A stretch of 64,000 nt of DNA from an uncultured Clostridium sp. (GTDB lineage Bacteria > Bacillota > Clostridia > Lachnospirales > Lachnospiraceae). Location of the stretch: contig CAMEFI010000015.1 in NCBI GenBank assembly GCA_945915475.1, positions 3,277 to 67,276 on the forward strand, read 5' to 3'. Under the pieces are notes generated by a model. It ran no database searches. It was not told where the DNA came from and saw only the letters and a list, made by a program, of their open reading frames with translations. The translations under genes and the position numbers were made by a program. Positions 1 to 8,807 of this stretch are shown here, one piece after another. Within the stretch, counting starts at the first letter, position 1. Each line of letters opens with the position of its first letter.

Positions 1-573
1 ATTACCTGTGAGGAGATGAAGGATCCTGATACAAGAAAGCTTATTTTTACAAATGAGGAATTGAAGCTTCGTTTCTTTCTGGCAAAAGCAGGTGATGTTC
101 CAACCTATGTAGAATATGGAGCAGCTGATATTGGTGTAGTAGGTAAGGATACCATTTTAGAGGAAGAGCGGGATAATATATACGAAGTATTGGATCTTGG
201 CTTTGGCAAATGCAGAATGTGTGTATGTGGACCAGCATCAGCGAGAGAGATTCTTAGCAAGAATGAGATTATAAGAGTAGCAAGTAAATATCCAAATATT
301 GCAAAGAATTATTTTCAGACAAAGAAAAACCAGACTATTGAGATTATTAAGTTAAATGGTTCTGTTGAACTTGCTCCCATTGTTGATTTATCAGATGTCA
401 TTGTGGATATCGTGGAGACCGGGACAACACTTCGGGAGAATGGTTTAGAGGTATTAGAAGAGGTGTGTCCATTATCCTGCCGTATGGTGGTGAATAAGGT
501 AAGCCTTAAGATGGAGCAACAGAGAATTCTTAAGATCGTAAATGATTTGAAGAAATTGATATACGAACAATAA
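1..573 (+). CDS. hisG: ATP phosphoribosyltransferase HisG (short form), 5' end cut by window edge
   Basis: Frame 1 is open from nt 1, so the Met at 16 is internal. HisG-like motifs are present (GAADIGVVGKD, DIVETGTTLRENGL). hisD starts 19 nt downstream. Confidence 0.9.
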   Translation: MTCEEMKDPDTRKLIFTNEELKLRFFLAKAGDVPTYVEYGAADIGVVGKDTILEEERDNIYEVLDLGFGKCRMCVCGPASAREILSKNEIIRVASKYPNIAKNYFQTKKNQTIEIIKLNGSVELAPIVDLSDVIVDIVETGTTLRENGLEVLEEVCPLSCRMVVNKVSLKMEQQRILKIVNDLKKLIYEQ

Positions 574-591
574 CGAAAGAAGGGCGAGACG

Positions 592-1881
592 ATGCGAATT
601 GTAAAACTAACCAATGAAACCAAAGCAAACCTGTTAAATGATTTGTTGAAAAGAAGTCCTAATAACTATACCGAGTATTCTGATACGGTACAGGCGATTG
701 TTGATGATGTGAGAGAGAATGGAGATAAGGCATTATTTTCTTACACGAAGAAGTTTGATCAGGCAGACATTTCTGCTGTTAATGTAAAAGTTACAAAGGA
801 AGAGATAGAAGAAGCTTACACGCAGGTTGATCCGCATCTGGTTGAGGTCATCCGAAAAGCATTAGTGAATATTCGTACATATCATGAGAAACAGAAACAG
901 TATAGCTGGTTTGATTCCACTGAGAATGGAACAATGCTTGGCCAGAAGATTACACCGCTTCACTCTGTTGGTGTATATGTTCCGGGGGGAAAGGCAGTTT
1001 ATCCATCTTCTGTTTTAATGAATATTGTGCCAGCGAAAGTGGCAGGGGTTTCCAATGTGATGATGACAACTCCGTGTAATGCGGAGGGTAAAGTATATCC
1101 TACCACACTGGTTGCAGCAAATGAGGCTGGTGTAGATGCTATTTACAAGGCAGGAGGAGCACAGGCTATTGCGTCTCTGGCTTTTGGTACAGAATCCATT
1201 CCGAAGGTGGATAAGATTGTGGGACCGGGTAATATTTTTGTAGCACTTGCCAAACGTGCCGTATATGGATATGTAAGTATTGATTCCATTGCAGGCCCTT
1301 CTGAGATCTTGGTATTAGCAGACGAAACCGCCAATGCAAGATATGTAGCGGCCGATCTGTTATCCCAGGCGGAGCATGATGAGTTGGCATCCGCTATTTT
1401 AGTAACAACTTCAGAGGAACTTGCAAAGAATGTAAGTGAAGAGGTAGATAAATTTGTTGCGACCTTAAGCAGAAAAGAAATCATTCAAAAGTCATTAGAT
1501 AATTATGGATATATTTTGGTGGCTGATTCTTTAGAAGAAGCCATTGATGCAACCAATGATATTGCAAGTGAACATTTAGAGATTGTCACGAAGAATCCCT
1601 TTGAAGTTATGATGAAGATTCGAAATGCTGGTGCAATTTTTATTGGTGAGTATAGTTCGGAACCTCTTGGTGATTATTTTGCGGGTCCGAACCATGTTCT
1701 TCCAACCAATGGAACGGCCAAATTCTTCTCTCCGCTGAGTGTGGATGATTTTGTAAAGAAATCAAGCATCATTTATTATTCGAAAGAAGCATTGGAACCG
1801 GTTCATCAGGATATTATTGATTTTGCAACAAGCGAGCAGCTTACTGCCCATGCAAATTCCATTAAAGTGCGGTTTGAATAG
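592..1881 (+). CDS. hisD: Histidinol dehydrogenase
   Basis: 429-aa ORF with typical HisD segments (SQAEHDE, GDYFAGPNHVLPT). It sits within the his gene cluster. Confidence 0.95.
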   Translation: MRIVKLTNETKANLLNDLLKRSPNNYTEYSDTVQAIVDDVRENGDKALFSYTKKFDQADISAVNVKVTKEEIEEAYTQVDPHLVEVIRKALVNIRTYHEKQKQYSWFDSTENGTMLGQKITPLHSVGVYVPGGKAVYPSSVLMNIVPAKVAGVSNVMMTTPCNAEGKVYPTTLVAANEAGVDAIYKAGGAQAIASLAFGTESIPKVDKIVGPGNIFVALAKRAVYGYVSIDSIAGPSEILVLADETANARYVAADLLSQAEHDELASAILVTTSEELAKNVSEEVDKFVATLSRKEIIQKSLDNYGYILVADSLEEAIDATNDIASEHLEIVTKNPFEVMMKIRNAGAIFIGEYSSEPLGDYFAGPNHVLPTNGTAKFFSPLSVDDFVKKSSIIYYSKEALEPVHQDIIDFATSEQLTAHANSIKVRFE

Positions 1882-1961
1882 AGTTTTTGAAAATGCGGGA
1901 TACAATATAGAATTTTTATATATTGTGTGTTACAATGAGCGTTAGCATAGGTTTCCTGGAA

Positions 1962-2167
1962 TAGGCAATTGCGAAACTCTTGAAAATGCATATTGAGTTG
2001 TGAAGATTTGACAAGTATCCTAAGCAGGTGCTTTGAGACCGCCGGTACTTAACGAGTGTGAAACACGAGTTTAGTACCGCTGCGAGGCGAGAGCAGCGCA
2101 AGCGTGCCTGTGAGGATATTGTCAAATTGCACAACGTTTGAAGAAACAGGCGTTTCGCAAACGCCTA
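1962..2167 (-). mobile_element. MITE-like inverted-repeat element, copy 1 of 4 (inverted relative to copies 2-4)
   Basis: 206 bp. Termini are TAGGCAATTGCGAAACTCTTG ... CAGGCGTTTCGCAAACGCCTA. The interior is near identical to copies 2 and 3. It is flanked by direct repeats TTTCCTGGAA (1952-1961) and TTTCCCGGAA (2168-2177). It lies between hisD and hisB. Confidence 0.85.
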
Positions 2168-2196
2168 TTTCCCGGAAACTGGAAAGGAGATACAGC

Positions 2197-2790
2197 ATGG
2201 CGGATAGAATTGCGTATATTGAGCGTAAGACAAATGAGACAGATATCAAGTTAGAGCTTCATATTGATGGTTCTGGTAAGACAAAGATTGATACAGGGAT
2301 TGGTTTTTTTGATCATATGTTGAACTCTTTTGCCAGACATGGTTTTTTTGATCTGAAAGTGCTTGCAAAAGGTGATTTGTATGTAGATTCTCATCACACC
2401 ATTGAGGACACGGGAATTGTATTAGGACAGGCAATCAAGAAAGCAATTGGTGACAAGAAAGGCATTCGCCGTTATGGACAGAGATTTCTTCCCATGGATG
2501 AGACGCTGATGCTTTGCGCATTAGATTTATCCGGAAGGCCATTTTTTTGTTATGATATGAATCTGACTGTGGATCAGGTTGGATATTTTGATACGGAGAT
2601 GGTAAAGGAATTCTTCTATGCAGTGTCTTATGGCGCAGGTATGAACCTGCATTTAAAACAATTAGATGGCAGTAACAACCATCATATTATTGAGGCAGCT
2701 TTTAAGGCATTTGGTAAAGCATTAGATGAGGCAACCCAGATTGATCCAAGAATGAAAGACACCGTACTTTCAACGAAGGGTTCCCTATAA
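2197..2790 (+). CDS. hisB: Imidazoleglycerol-phosphate dehydratase
   Basis: The tracked ORF starts at 2104, inside the repeat element. I take ATG 2197 as the start because it follows GGAAAGGAGA. IGPD motifs [11 protein letters not shown] and NNHHIIEA are present. Confidence 0.93.
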   Translation: MADRIAYIERKTNETDIKLELHIDGSGKTKIDTGIGFFDHMLNSFARHGFFDLKVLAKGDLYVDSHHTIEDTGIVLGQAIKKAIGDKKGIRRYGQRFLPMDETLMLCALDLSGRPFFCYDMNLTVDQVGYFDTEMVKEFFYAVSYGAGMNLHLKQLDGSNNHHIIEAAFKAFGKALDEATQIDPRMKDTVLSTKGSL

Positions 2791-2800
2791 GGAGGATATT

Positions 2801-4054
2801 ATGAGTTATGTAAAATTAATTGCCGGTTTGCAGATGTCGAGTGCGATAGAAGCGGCAACAACATTTTCGAATGATGGTGCAGATGAGATTGCATTTATGG
2901 ATATGTGTGCAATTGAGGAAAACAGAGAACCGGATGTGGAGCTGATGAAGAAGATTGCAGATGCGGCAGAAGTACCATTGATCGTCGGCGGAGGTGTGAA
3001 ACGTCTTGAAGATGTGAAGAAGATGTTGTATGCCGGTGCAGCTATGGTATACATGAAGCATGCAGCAAGGTTAGATGTTCATTTTGTCAAAGAGATGTCT
3101 GAACGGTTTGGCAAGGAGAAGATAGGTGTTGCCATTGATATTAGTGATGTAGATGTTACATCCTTTGCTGTGAAATGTGAAGAGATGGGAGCTGGCGGAA
3201 TCTGGTTGTTAGGATTTGTACCGGGAATGGAACAGCGGGTTCGTGATATTAAAGAATCTTTGGAGATTCCGGTTATGATTGATGTGGCAGAGTCTGATGA
3301 AGAGAAATTGGCAAAGATTATCGCAGGCAGCGGTGTGAATGCTGTCCTTTATACAGGAGATGCCATAATTAACATGATGCAAATAAAACATTATCTTGCT
3401 GGCAAGAATATAAAGGTGAATACTTTTGAAAGTGCTTTGGATTTTGATACATTCAAATTGAACTCCGATGGTCTGATTCCATGTATTGTTCAGGATTACA
3501 AGACGGATGAAGTATTGATGATGGCTTACATGAATAAGGAGTCTTATACAAAGACTTTAGAGACCGGACGAATGACATATTATTCCAGAAGCCGGCAGAA
3601 ATTATGGATGAAGGGTGAGGAGAGTGGACACTTCCAGTTTGTGAAGGAATTGACGATAGATTGTGATAAAGACACAATTCTTGCAAAAGTGTCACAAATC
3701 GGAGCTGCCTGTCATACAGGCAATCGGACATGTTTCTTTACACCACTTGCAAAGAAGGAATATGATAATTCGAATCCGTTAACGGTATTCAATGAAGTAT
3801 ATAATACAATTGTAGATAGAAGACAGCATCCAAAGGAAGGTTCTTATACAAATTATCTGTTTGATAAAGGAATTGATAAGATTCTGAAAAAGGTTGGAGA
3901 AGAATGCACAGAGATTGTGATTGCGGCTAAGAATCCGGATCCGGAGGAGATTAAGTATGAAATCTCGGATTTCTTATATCACTGTATGGTTTTAATGGTA
4001 GAACGTGGTGTAACATGGGAAGATATCACAAAAGAATTAGATAACAGACACTAG
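2801..4054 (+). CDS. hisIE: Fusion protein: divergent HisF/HisA-like barrel domain (N-terminal) plus phosphoribosyl-AMP cyclohydrolase / phosphoribosyl-ATP pyrophosphatase (HisIE)
   Basis: 417 aa. Residues ~25-115 resemble HisF ([24 protein letters not shown]). The C-terminal half carries HisI ([21 protein letters not shown]) and HisE ([20 protein letters not shown]) signatures. Confidence 0.85.
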   Translation: MSYVKLIAGLQMSSAIEAATTFSNDGADEIAFMDMCAIEENREPDVELMKKIADAAEVPLIVGGGVKRLEDVKKMLYAGAAMVYMKHAARLDVHFVKEMSERFGKEKIGVAIDISDVDVTSFAVKCEEMGAGGIWLLGFVPGMEQRVRDIKESLEIPVMIDVAESDEEKLAKIIAGSGVNAVLYTGDAIINMMQIKHYLAGKNIKVNTFESALDFDTFKLNSDGLIPCIVQDYKTDEVLMMAYMNKESYTKTLETGRMTYYSRSRQKLWMKGEESGHFQFVKELTIDCDKDTILAKVSQIGAACHTGNRTCFFTPLAKKEYDNSNPLTVFNEVYNTIVDRRQHPKEGSYTNYLFDKGIDKILKKVGEECTEIVIAAKNPDPEEIKYEISDFLYHCMVLMVERGVTWEDITKELDNRH

Positions 4055-4091
4055 AACGCAGAGGTGTACTTGAATAAAAGGAGGTATGTAT

Positions 4092-4238
4092 ATGGAATTT
4101 TTAAGTGAATTGGCTACGTATGCATTTAAGTATGTGATATTAGGGGTGATTGCGGTTGCTGGCGTCTTATGTGGCGTGAAAGCAAAGAAGAAACAGCTTG
4201 CTGAGGCAAATGCAACAGAAGAGGCGGAGACAAAATAA
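4092..4238 (+). CDS. Candidate small membrane protein (48 aa, one TM helix, charged tail)
   Basis: Not in the ORF track because it is under 60 aa. A strong RBS (AAAGGAGGT) lies 6-12 nt upstream of ATG 4086/4092. Translation is MEFLSELATYAFKYVILGVIAVAGVLCGVKAKKKQLAEANATEEAETK. Confidence 0.45.
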   Translation: MEFLSELATYAFKYVILGVIAVAGVLCGVKAKKKQLAEANATEEAETK

Positions 4239-4295
4239 GAGAGCGCAGTAACGTTCTTGTATTTACAATATTTTATGGTAAGTGAGGAAACAATT

Positions 4296-6932
4296 GTGAA
4301 GAAATACGGTTTGAATGAACTAAGAAAAATGTATCTTGACTTTTTTGAGAGCAAGGGACATCTCAAAATGAACAGCTTTTCATTAGTCCCACATAATGAC
4401 AATTCATTGTTATTAATCAATGCAGGTATGGCACCACTTAAGCCATATTTTACCGGACAGGAGATTCCACCTAGAAAACGTGTGACAACCTGTCAGAAAT
4501 GTATCCGTACCGGGGATATTGAAAATGTAGGTAAAACAGCCCGTCATGGTACATTTTTTGAAATGCTTGGCAACTTTTCTTTTGGAGATTATTTCAAGAA
4601 AGAAGCTATTTCATGGTCATGGGAATTCTTAACGGAAGTGTTAGAAATGGATCCGGACCGTCTGTATCCATCTGTATATCTTGAGGATGATGAAGCTTTT
4701 GATATCTGGAATAAGGAGATTGGCATTCCTAAGGAACGTATTTATCGTTTTGGTAAAGAAGATAACTTTTGGGAGCATGGTTCCGGTCCCTGCGGTCCGT
4801 GTTCTGAGATATATTATGACCGTGGAGAGAAATATGGATGTGGCAAGCCGGATTGTACCGTAGGTTGTGATTGTGACCGTTATATGGAGATCTGGAATAA
4901 TGTATTTACCCAGTTTGATAATGATGGACATGGCAATTATACAGAATTAGAGCATAAGAATATTGATACCGGTATGGGATTAGAGCGTCTGGCTTCTGTT
5001 GTACAGGATGTGGATTCTATTTTTGATGTAGATACCATTGAAGCTCTTCGTAACAAAGTTTGTGAATTCGCACGTACGACATACCATACAGATGAGGACA
5101 AAGATGTATCTATTCGTTTGATCACAGATCATATCCGTTCTGCTACATTTATGATTTCAGATGGTATTATGCCAACCAACGAGGGTAGAGGATATGTACT
5201 TCGCCGCCTGATACGTCGCGCTGCGAGACATGGACGTTTATTAGGTATTGAGGGTACTTTCCTTGCAAAACTTTCTGAGACAGTGATTGAAGGTTCTAAG
5301 GATGGTTATCCGGAATTAGAGGAGAAAAAAGAGTTTATTTTCCGTGTATTGACACAGGAAGAGAACCAGTTTAATAAGACGATTGATCAGGGTCTTGCTA
5401 TTTTATCTGATATGGAGAAGAAGCTCGCAGCAGATGGAAAGAAAACATTAGATGGAGCAGATGTATTCAAACTTTATGATACATTTGGATTCCCGGTGGA
5501 TCTGACAAAAGAGATTCTGGAGGAAAAAGGATATTCTATTGATGAAGAAGGCTTCAAAGCTTGTATGGAAGAGCAACGTACAAAGGCTCGCTTAGCAAGA
5601 AAGACAACCAATTATATGGGCGCGGATGCTACGGTTTATGATGAGATTGATCCGGCAATTACAACAAAATTTGTTGGTTATGATAATGATAGCTGGACTT
5701 CTTCTATTACCGTTCTTACAACAGATGCGGTTGTGGAGGCAATTGCAGAAGGGGATGAAGCCACTTTATTTGTAGAAGAGACACCATTTTACGCTACCAT
5801 GGGTGGACAGCAGGGTGATACTGGTGTCATCACAGCGGATGGTGCAGAGTTTATTGTAAAGGATACAATTAAACTGAAAGGCGGAAAATACGGACATATA
5901 GGTACGGTAACAAAGGGAATGTTCAAGGTTGGTGATAAGGTAACACTTACCATTGATCATGCAAAGCGTGCTGATACCTGTAAAAATCATAGTGCAACAC
6001 ACTTATTACAGAAGGCGCTCAAAATGGTTCTTGGCGATCATGTAGAGCAGAAAGGTTCTTTGGTAACACCAGACCGTCTGCGTTTTGACTTTTCTCATTT
6101 TTCGCCAATGACGGCGGAAGAGATATCCAGAGTAGAGGCAATCGTTAATGAAGAGATTGCGAAGTCGTTGCCGGTTATCATTAAGGAAATGCCCATTGAA
6201 GAAGCAAAGAAGACAGGTGCAATGGCGTTGTTTGGCGAGAAATATGGCGAGACAGTACGTGTTGTCAATATGTCAGAGTTCTCTATTGAATTATGTGGCG
6301 GTACACATGTTGCCAATACCGGTATGATCACAACTTTTAAGATTATATCTGAATCCGGCATTGCAGCAGGTGTCAGACGTATTGAAGCACTGACGGGTTC
6401 CTCTGTATTTACGTACTACAAAGACATTGAGAATAAGATGGCAGAAGCGGCTGCTTTATTAAAGGCAACTCCGGACCAGTTATTAGATAAGATCACGCAT
6501 ACATTAGCTCAGGTAAAAGAACTTACTTCAGAAAATGAATCTTTGAAAGCAAAGCTTGCCAATGAATCATTAGGAGATGTCACTTCGGATATGGTTGCAG
6601 TTGGCGACTTCAATGTCATTTCAACTTCTGTTGAGGGTGTTGATATGAATGGACTTCGGGATCTTGGTGATCAGTTAAAGGCTAAGGTGGGAGAAGGAAT
6701 CGTTGTCATCGCTTCTGCAAGTGACGGCAAAGTGAATTTGATCGCAATGGCTACAGATGGTGCTGTTAAGAAAGGCGCCCATGCAGGTAACTTGATTAAA
6801 GCGGTTGCTCCACTTGTAGGAGGCGGTGGAGGCGGTCGTCCGAATATGGCTCAGGCAGGGGGAAAGAATCCTGCCGGTATTGCAGATGCAGTTGTGAAAG
6901 CAAAGGAAGTTGCAAGCAGTCAATTAGCATGA
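4296..6932 (+). CDS. alaS: Alanine--tRNA ligase
   Basis: Full-length AlaRS pattern: class II core, editing-domain HSATHLL and CGGTHV, and a glycine-rich C-terminal DHHA1 region. The start is probably GTG 4296 after GAGGAAA; ATG 4275 is an alternative. Confidence 0.95.
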   Translation: MKKYGLNELRKMYLDFFESKGHLKMNSFSLVPHNDNSLLLINAGMAPLKPYFTGQEIPPRKRVTTCQKCIRTGDIENVGKTARHGTFFEMLGNFSFGDYFKKEAISWSWEFLTEVLEMDPDRLYPSVYLEDDEAFDIWNKEIGIPKERIYRFGKEDNFWEHGSGPCGPCSEIYYDRGEKYGCGKPDCTVGCDCDRYMEIWNNVFTQFDNDGHGNYTELEHKNIDTGMGLERLASVVQDVDSIFDVDTIEALRNKVCEFARTTYHTDEDKDVSIRLITDHIRSATFMISDGIMPTNEGRGYVLRRLIRRAARHGRLLGIEGTFLAKLSETVIEGSKDGYPELEEKKEFIFRVLTQEENQFNKTIDQGLAILSDMEKKLAADGKKTLDGADVFKLYDTFGFPVDLTKEILEEKGYSIDEEGFKACMEEQRTKARLARKTTNYMGADATVYDEIDPAITTKFVGYDNDSWTSSITVLTTDAVVEAIAEGDEATLFVEETPFYATMGGQQGDTGVITADGAEFIVKDTIKLKGGKYGHIGTVTKGMFKVGDKVTLTIDHAKRADTCKNHSATHLLQKALKMVLGDHVEQKGSLVTPDRLRFDFSHFSPMTAEEISRVEAIVNEEIAKSLPVIIKEMPIEEAKKTGAMALFGEKYGETVRVVNMSEFSIELCGGTHVANTGMITTFKIISESGIAAGVRRIEALTGSSVFTYYKDIENKMAEAAALLKATPDQLLDKITHTLAQVKELTSENESLKAKLANESLGDVTSDMVAVGDFNVISTSVEGVDMNGLRDLGDQLKAKVGEGIVVIASASDGKVNLIAMATDGAVKKGAHAGNLIKAVAPLVGGGGGGRPNMAQAGGKNPAGIADAVVKAKEVASSQLA

Positions 6933-6951
6933 TATTTTTGCAACAAAATGC

Positions 6952-6979
6952 TTGACGTATGAATATTTTATGCTATAAT
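6952..6979 (+). promoter_or_regulatory. Sigma-A type promoter for rpsU
   Basis: TTGACG (6952-6957), a 16-nt spacer ending in TGc, then TATAAT (6974-6979), giving an extended -10. Confidence 0.55.
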
Positions 6980-7053
6980 TCTACTTGTGTTTTAAATAAC
7001 CCAAGGTTGTATGGCAGACACAATATGCAACTGAAGGGAGGTCGGGTGAGAGA

Positions 7054-7230
7054 ATGTCAAATGTTATTGTTAAAGAGAATGAGACTTTAGACAGCGCTCT
7101 TCGTCGTTTCAAGAGAAATTGTGCGAAGGCTGGTATTCAGCAGGAGATTCGTAAGAGAGAACATTACGAGAAACCAAGCGTTAGACGTAAGAAGAAGTCT
7201 GAGGCAGCTAGAAAAAGAAAATTCAAATAA
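7054..7230 (+). CDS. rpsU: 30S ribosomal protein S21
   Basis: 58-aa basic [61 protein letters not shown], preceded by GGGAGG. It is below the ORF-track size cutoff. Confidence 0.93.
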   Translation: MSNVIVKENETLDSALRRFKRNCAKAGIQQEIRKREHYEKPSVRRKKKSEAARKRKFK

Positions 7231-7242
7231 TAAGAATTTATC

Positions 7243-7277
7243 AGGGTTATTGCTTTTTGAGCAATAACCCTTTTTTC
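7243..7277 (+). terminator. Rho-independent terminator after rpsU
   Basis: Perfect 11-bp stem AGGGTTATTGC / GCAATAACCCT with a 7-nt loop, followed by a T6 run. Confidence 0.8.
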
Positions 7278-7336
7278 GTCATAGAATCTTATATTCATTC
7301 ATATAATGAAGAAAACAATGGAAAAGGTGCATTGGG

Positions 7337-7588
7337 ATGGACTTACCGGGTGATGTGTTATATGGAGATGTGATATTAAGATTATCGGGTAACCGGGAGG
7401 CAATTATAGAAAATTACAAAGGCATTTTGCTCTATACAGATGAAGAGATTGCAATTGCATGTAAAAAGGTGACGCTTCGTATGTGTGGGAGAAATCTGCA
7501 TATACAATATTTTTCCGGTAGCGATATGAAGGTAACTGGTAGTATTGAAGCTATAACATATGTATCGAATGGAGACTTATGCTGTTAA
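7337..7588 (+). CDS. yqfC: Sporulation protein YqfC
   Basis: 83-aa ORF in the conserved rpsU-yqfC-yqfD-phoH-ybeY order, with YqfC-like sequence (LRLSGNREAIIENYKGIL). Confidence 0.8.
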   Translation: MDLPGDVLYGDVILRLSGNREAIIENYKGILLYTDEEIAIACKKVTLRMCGRNLHIQYFSGSDMKVTGSIEAITYVSNGDLCC

Positions 7589-8796
7589 GAATATTACGTT
7601 TTGTGTTTGGATATATTCGGATGGAAGTATATGGTTTTGCACCGGAACGTTTTATGAATCTGATCATTTCTAATCAGATTGTTGTGTGGGATGTTGCAAG
7701 CACAGAAAATGGTTATCAGTTCTACACAGGAAGAAAGAATCTGCTTCGTATGAAACCTTATTTACAAAAAGCAAATATGAAAATGAAGATTCATAAACGC
7801 TATGGTCTTCCATTTCTGATTCGGAAATATCGAAAACGGACGATGTTTGTTGCAGGATTTATCATGTGTCTTGTAGTTCTTTATATCCTTTCTCTGTTCG
7901 TGTGGGAGGTAAAAGTGACCGGAGAAGATAAATTAGTGGCAGACAGTGTACGGAAACAGGTGGAAAAGAACTATGTTTCTTTAGGAACTCTGAAATCAAA
8001 AATAAGCTGTACACAATTAGAACAGACGCTTAGAAAGGACTTTGATGAGATTTCCTGGGTCAGTTGTGAATTAAAGGGAACCGGACTTACTATTTACTTA
8101 GAAGAGGGAATGGCACCGAAAAAAGTAGAGCAAAAAGAAGAAGGGGATATTGTCGCATCAAAGGATGCAGTGATCACTAAAATGATAACAAGACAGGGAA
8201 CTCCCGTTGTGCACGTAAAGGATTCGGTTAAGAAGGGAGATATTCTGATTTCGGGGACTGTTTACATATATGATGATAACAACGAAGTGATTGAAACGAA
8301 TCGGATCTGTGCAGACGGAGATATTTATGGAACAACAACATATTCTTATGAAGATTATGTTGATCTGAAATATTATAAGAAAAAGTATACGAATAAAAGT
8401 AAACGGTCCATCACATTTTTTGTTTTGAATTATTGTATTACCCCATACGCCCCAACATTATCTGCAGATAATGTTGATACCTATACGGAGATTCATAAAG
8501 CACGTCTGTTTCATGACTTTTATCTTCCTTTTGGATATAAACTTACAAAGCGTACACCCTATACTTTAGAGGCAGTAACGCATTCAGATTCTGAGGCAAC
8601 ACAGATATTACAGAAACGATTCCGGAAAAAAATTAAAAGTTTTAAAGAAAAAAAGGTAGAAATCATAGAAAATAATGTTACAATAGAAAAAGAAAATGGA
8701 AAGATGGTTGCGAAGGGTATATTGATTCTGAATGAGCCGATTGCAAAGCTTGCAGAATTGTCAAATGAGCATTCCGGCAGGCAGCCAGAGGAATAA
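7579..8796 (+). CDS. yqfD: Sporulation protein YqfD (stage IV-like)
   Basis: 405 aa. It overlaps yqfC by 10 nt, has a central TM segment, and matches by synteny and sequence pattern. Confidence 0.8.
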   Translation: MLLRILRFVFGYIRMEVYGFAPERFMNLIISNQIVVWDVASTENGYQFYTGRKNLLRMKPYLQKANMKMKIHKRYGLPFLIRKYRKRTMFVAGFIMCLVVLYILSLFVWEVKVTGEDKLVADSVRKQVEKNYVSLGTLKSKISCTQLEQTLRKDFDEISWVSCELKGTGLTIYLEEGMAPKKVEQKEEGDIVASKDAVITKMITRQGTPVVHVKDSVKKGDILISGTVYIYDDNNEVIETNRICADGDIYGTTTYSYEDYVDLKYYKKKYTNKSKRSITFFVLNYCITPYAPTLSADNVDTYTEIHKARLFHDFYLPFGYKLTKRTPYTLEAVTHSDSEATQILQKRFRKKIKSFKEKKVEIIENNVTIEKENGKMVAKGILILNEPIAKLAELSNEHSGRQPEE

Positions 8797-8807
8797 AGGA
8801 GCGTTGT

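Noticed and set aside
1895-1961. Sequence left of copy 1 (TTTGAAAATGC ...) partly resembles the element interior, suggesting a fifth, degraded copy.
   Set aside because: The similarity is limited to about 10 nt, with no terminal repeat or duplication, so the evidence is insufficient.
1969-1977. The GCGAAAC core of the terminal repeats resembles part of a hammerhead ribozyme core.
   Set aside because: There is no CUGAUGA box or three-stem junction. The motif is simply the conserved terminal inverted repeat.
1916-2134. Tracked ORFs MCNLTISSQARLRCSRLAAVLNSCFTLVKYRRSQSTCLGYLSNLHNSI... at 1916-2134 (-), 20274-20513 (+) and 58505-59008 (+) look like a conserved repeated protein.
   Set aside because: They are read-throughs of the repeat element. 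They have no RBS and start and end at different points in each copy. Copy 3 has no ORF of 60 aa or more. Copy 4 carries many non-synonymous changes, and its ORF runs on antisense into mutS. The conservation is at the DNA level.
4055-4295. T-box or other riboswitch leader upstream of alaS.
   Set aside because: No T-box consensus or specifier/antiterminator architecture is visible, and the spacer is largely occupied by a small ORF with a strong RBS.
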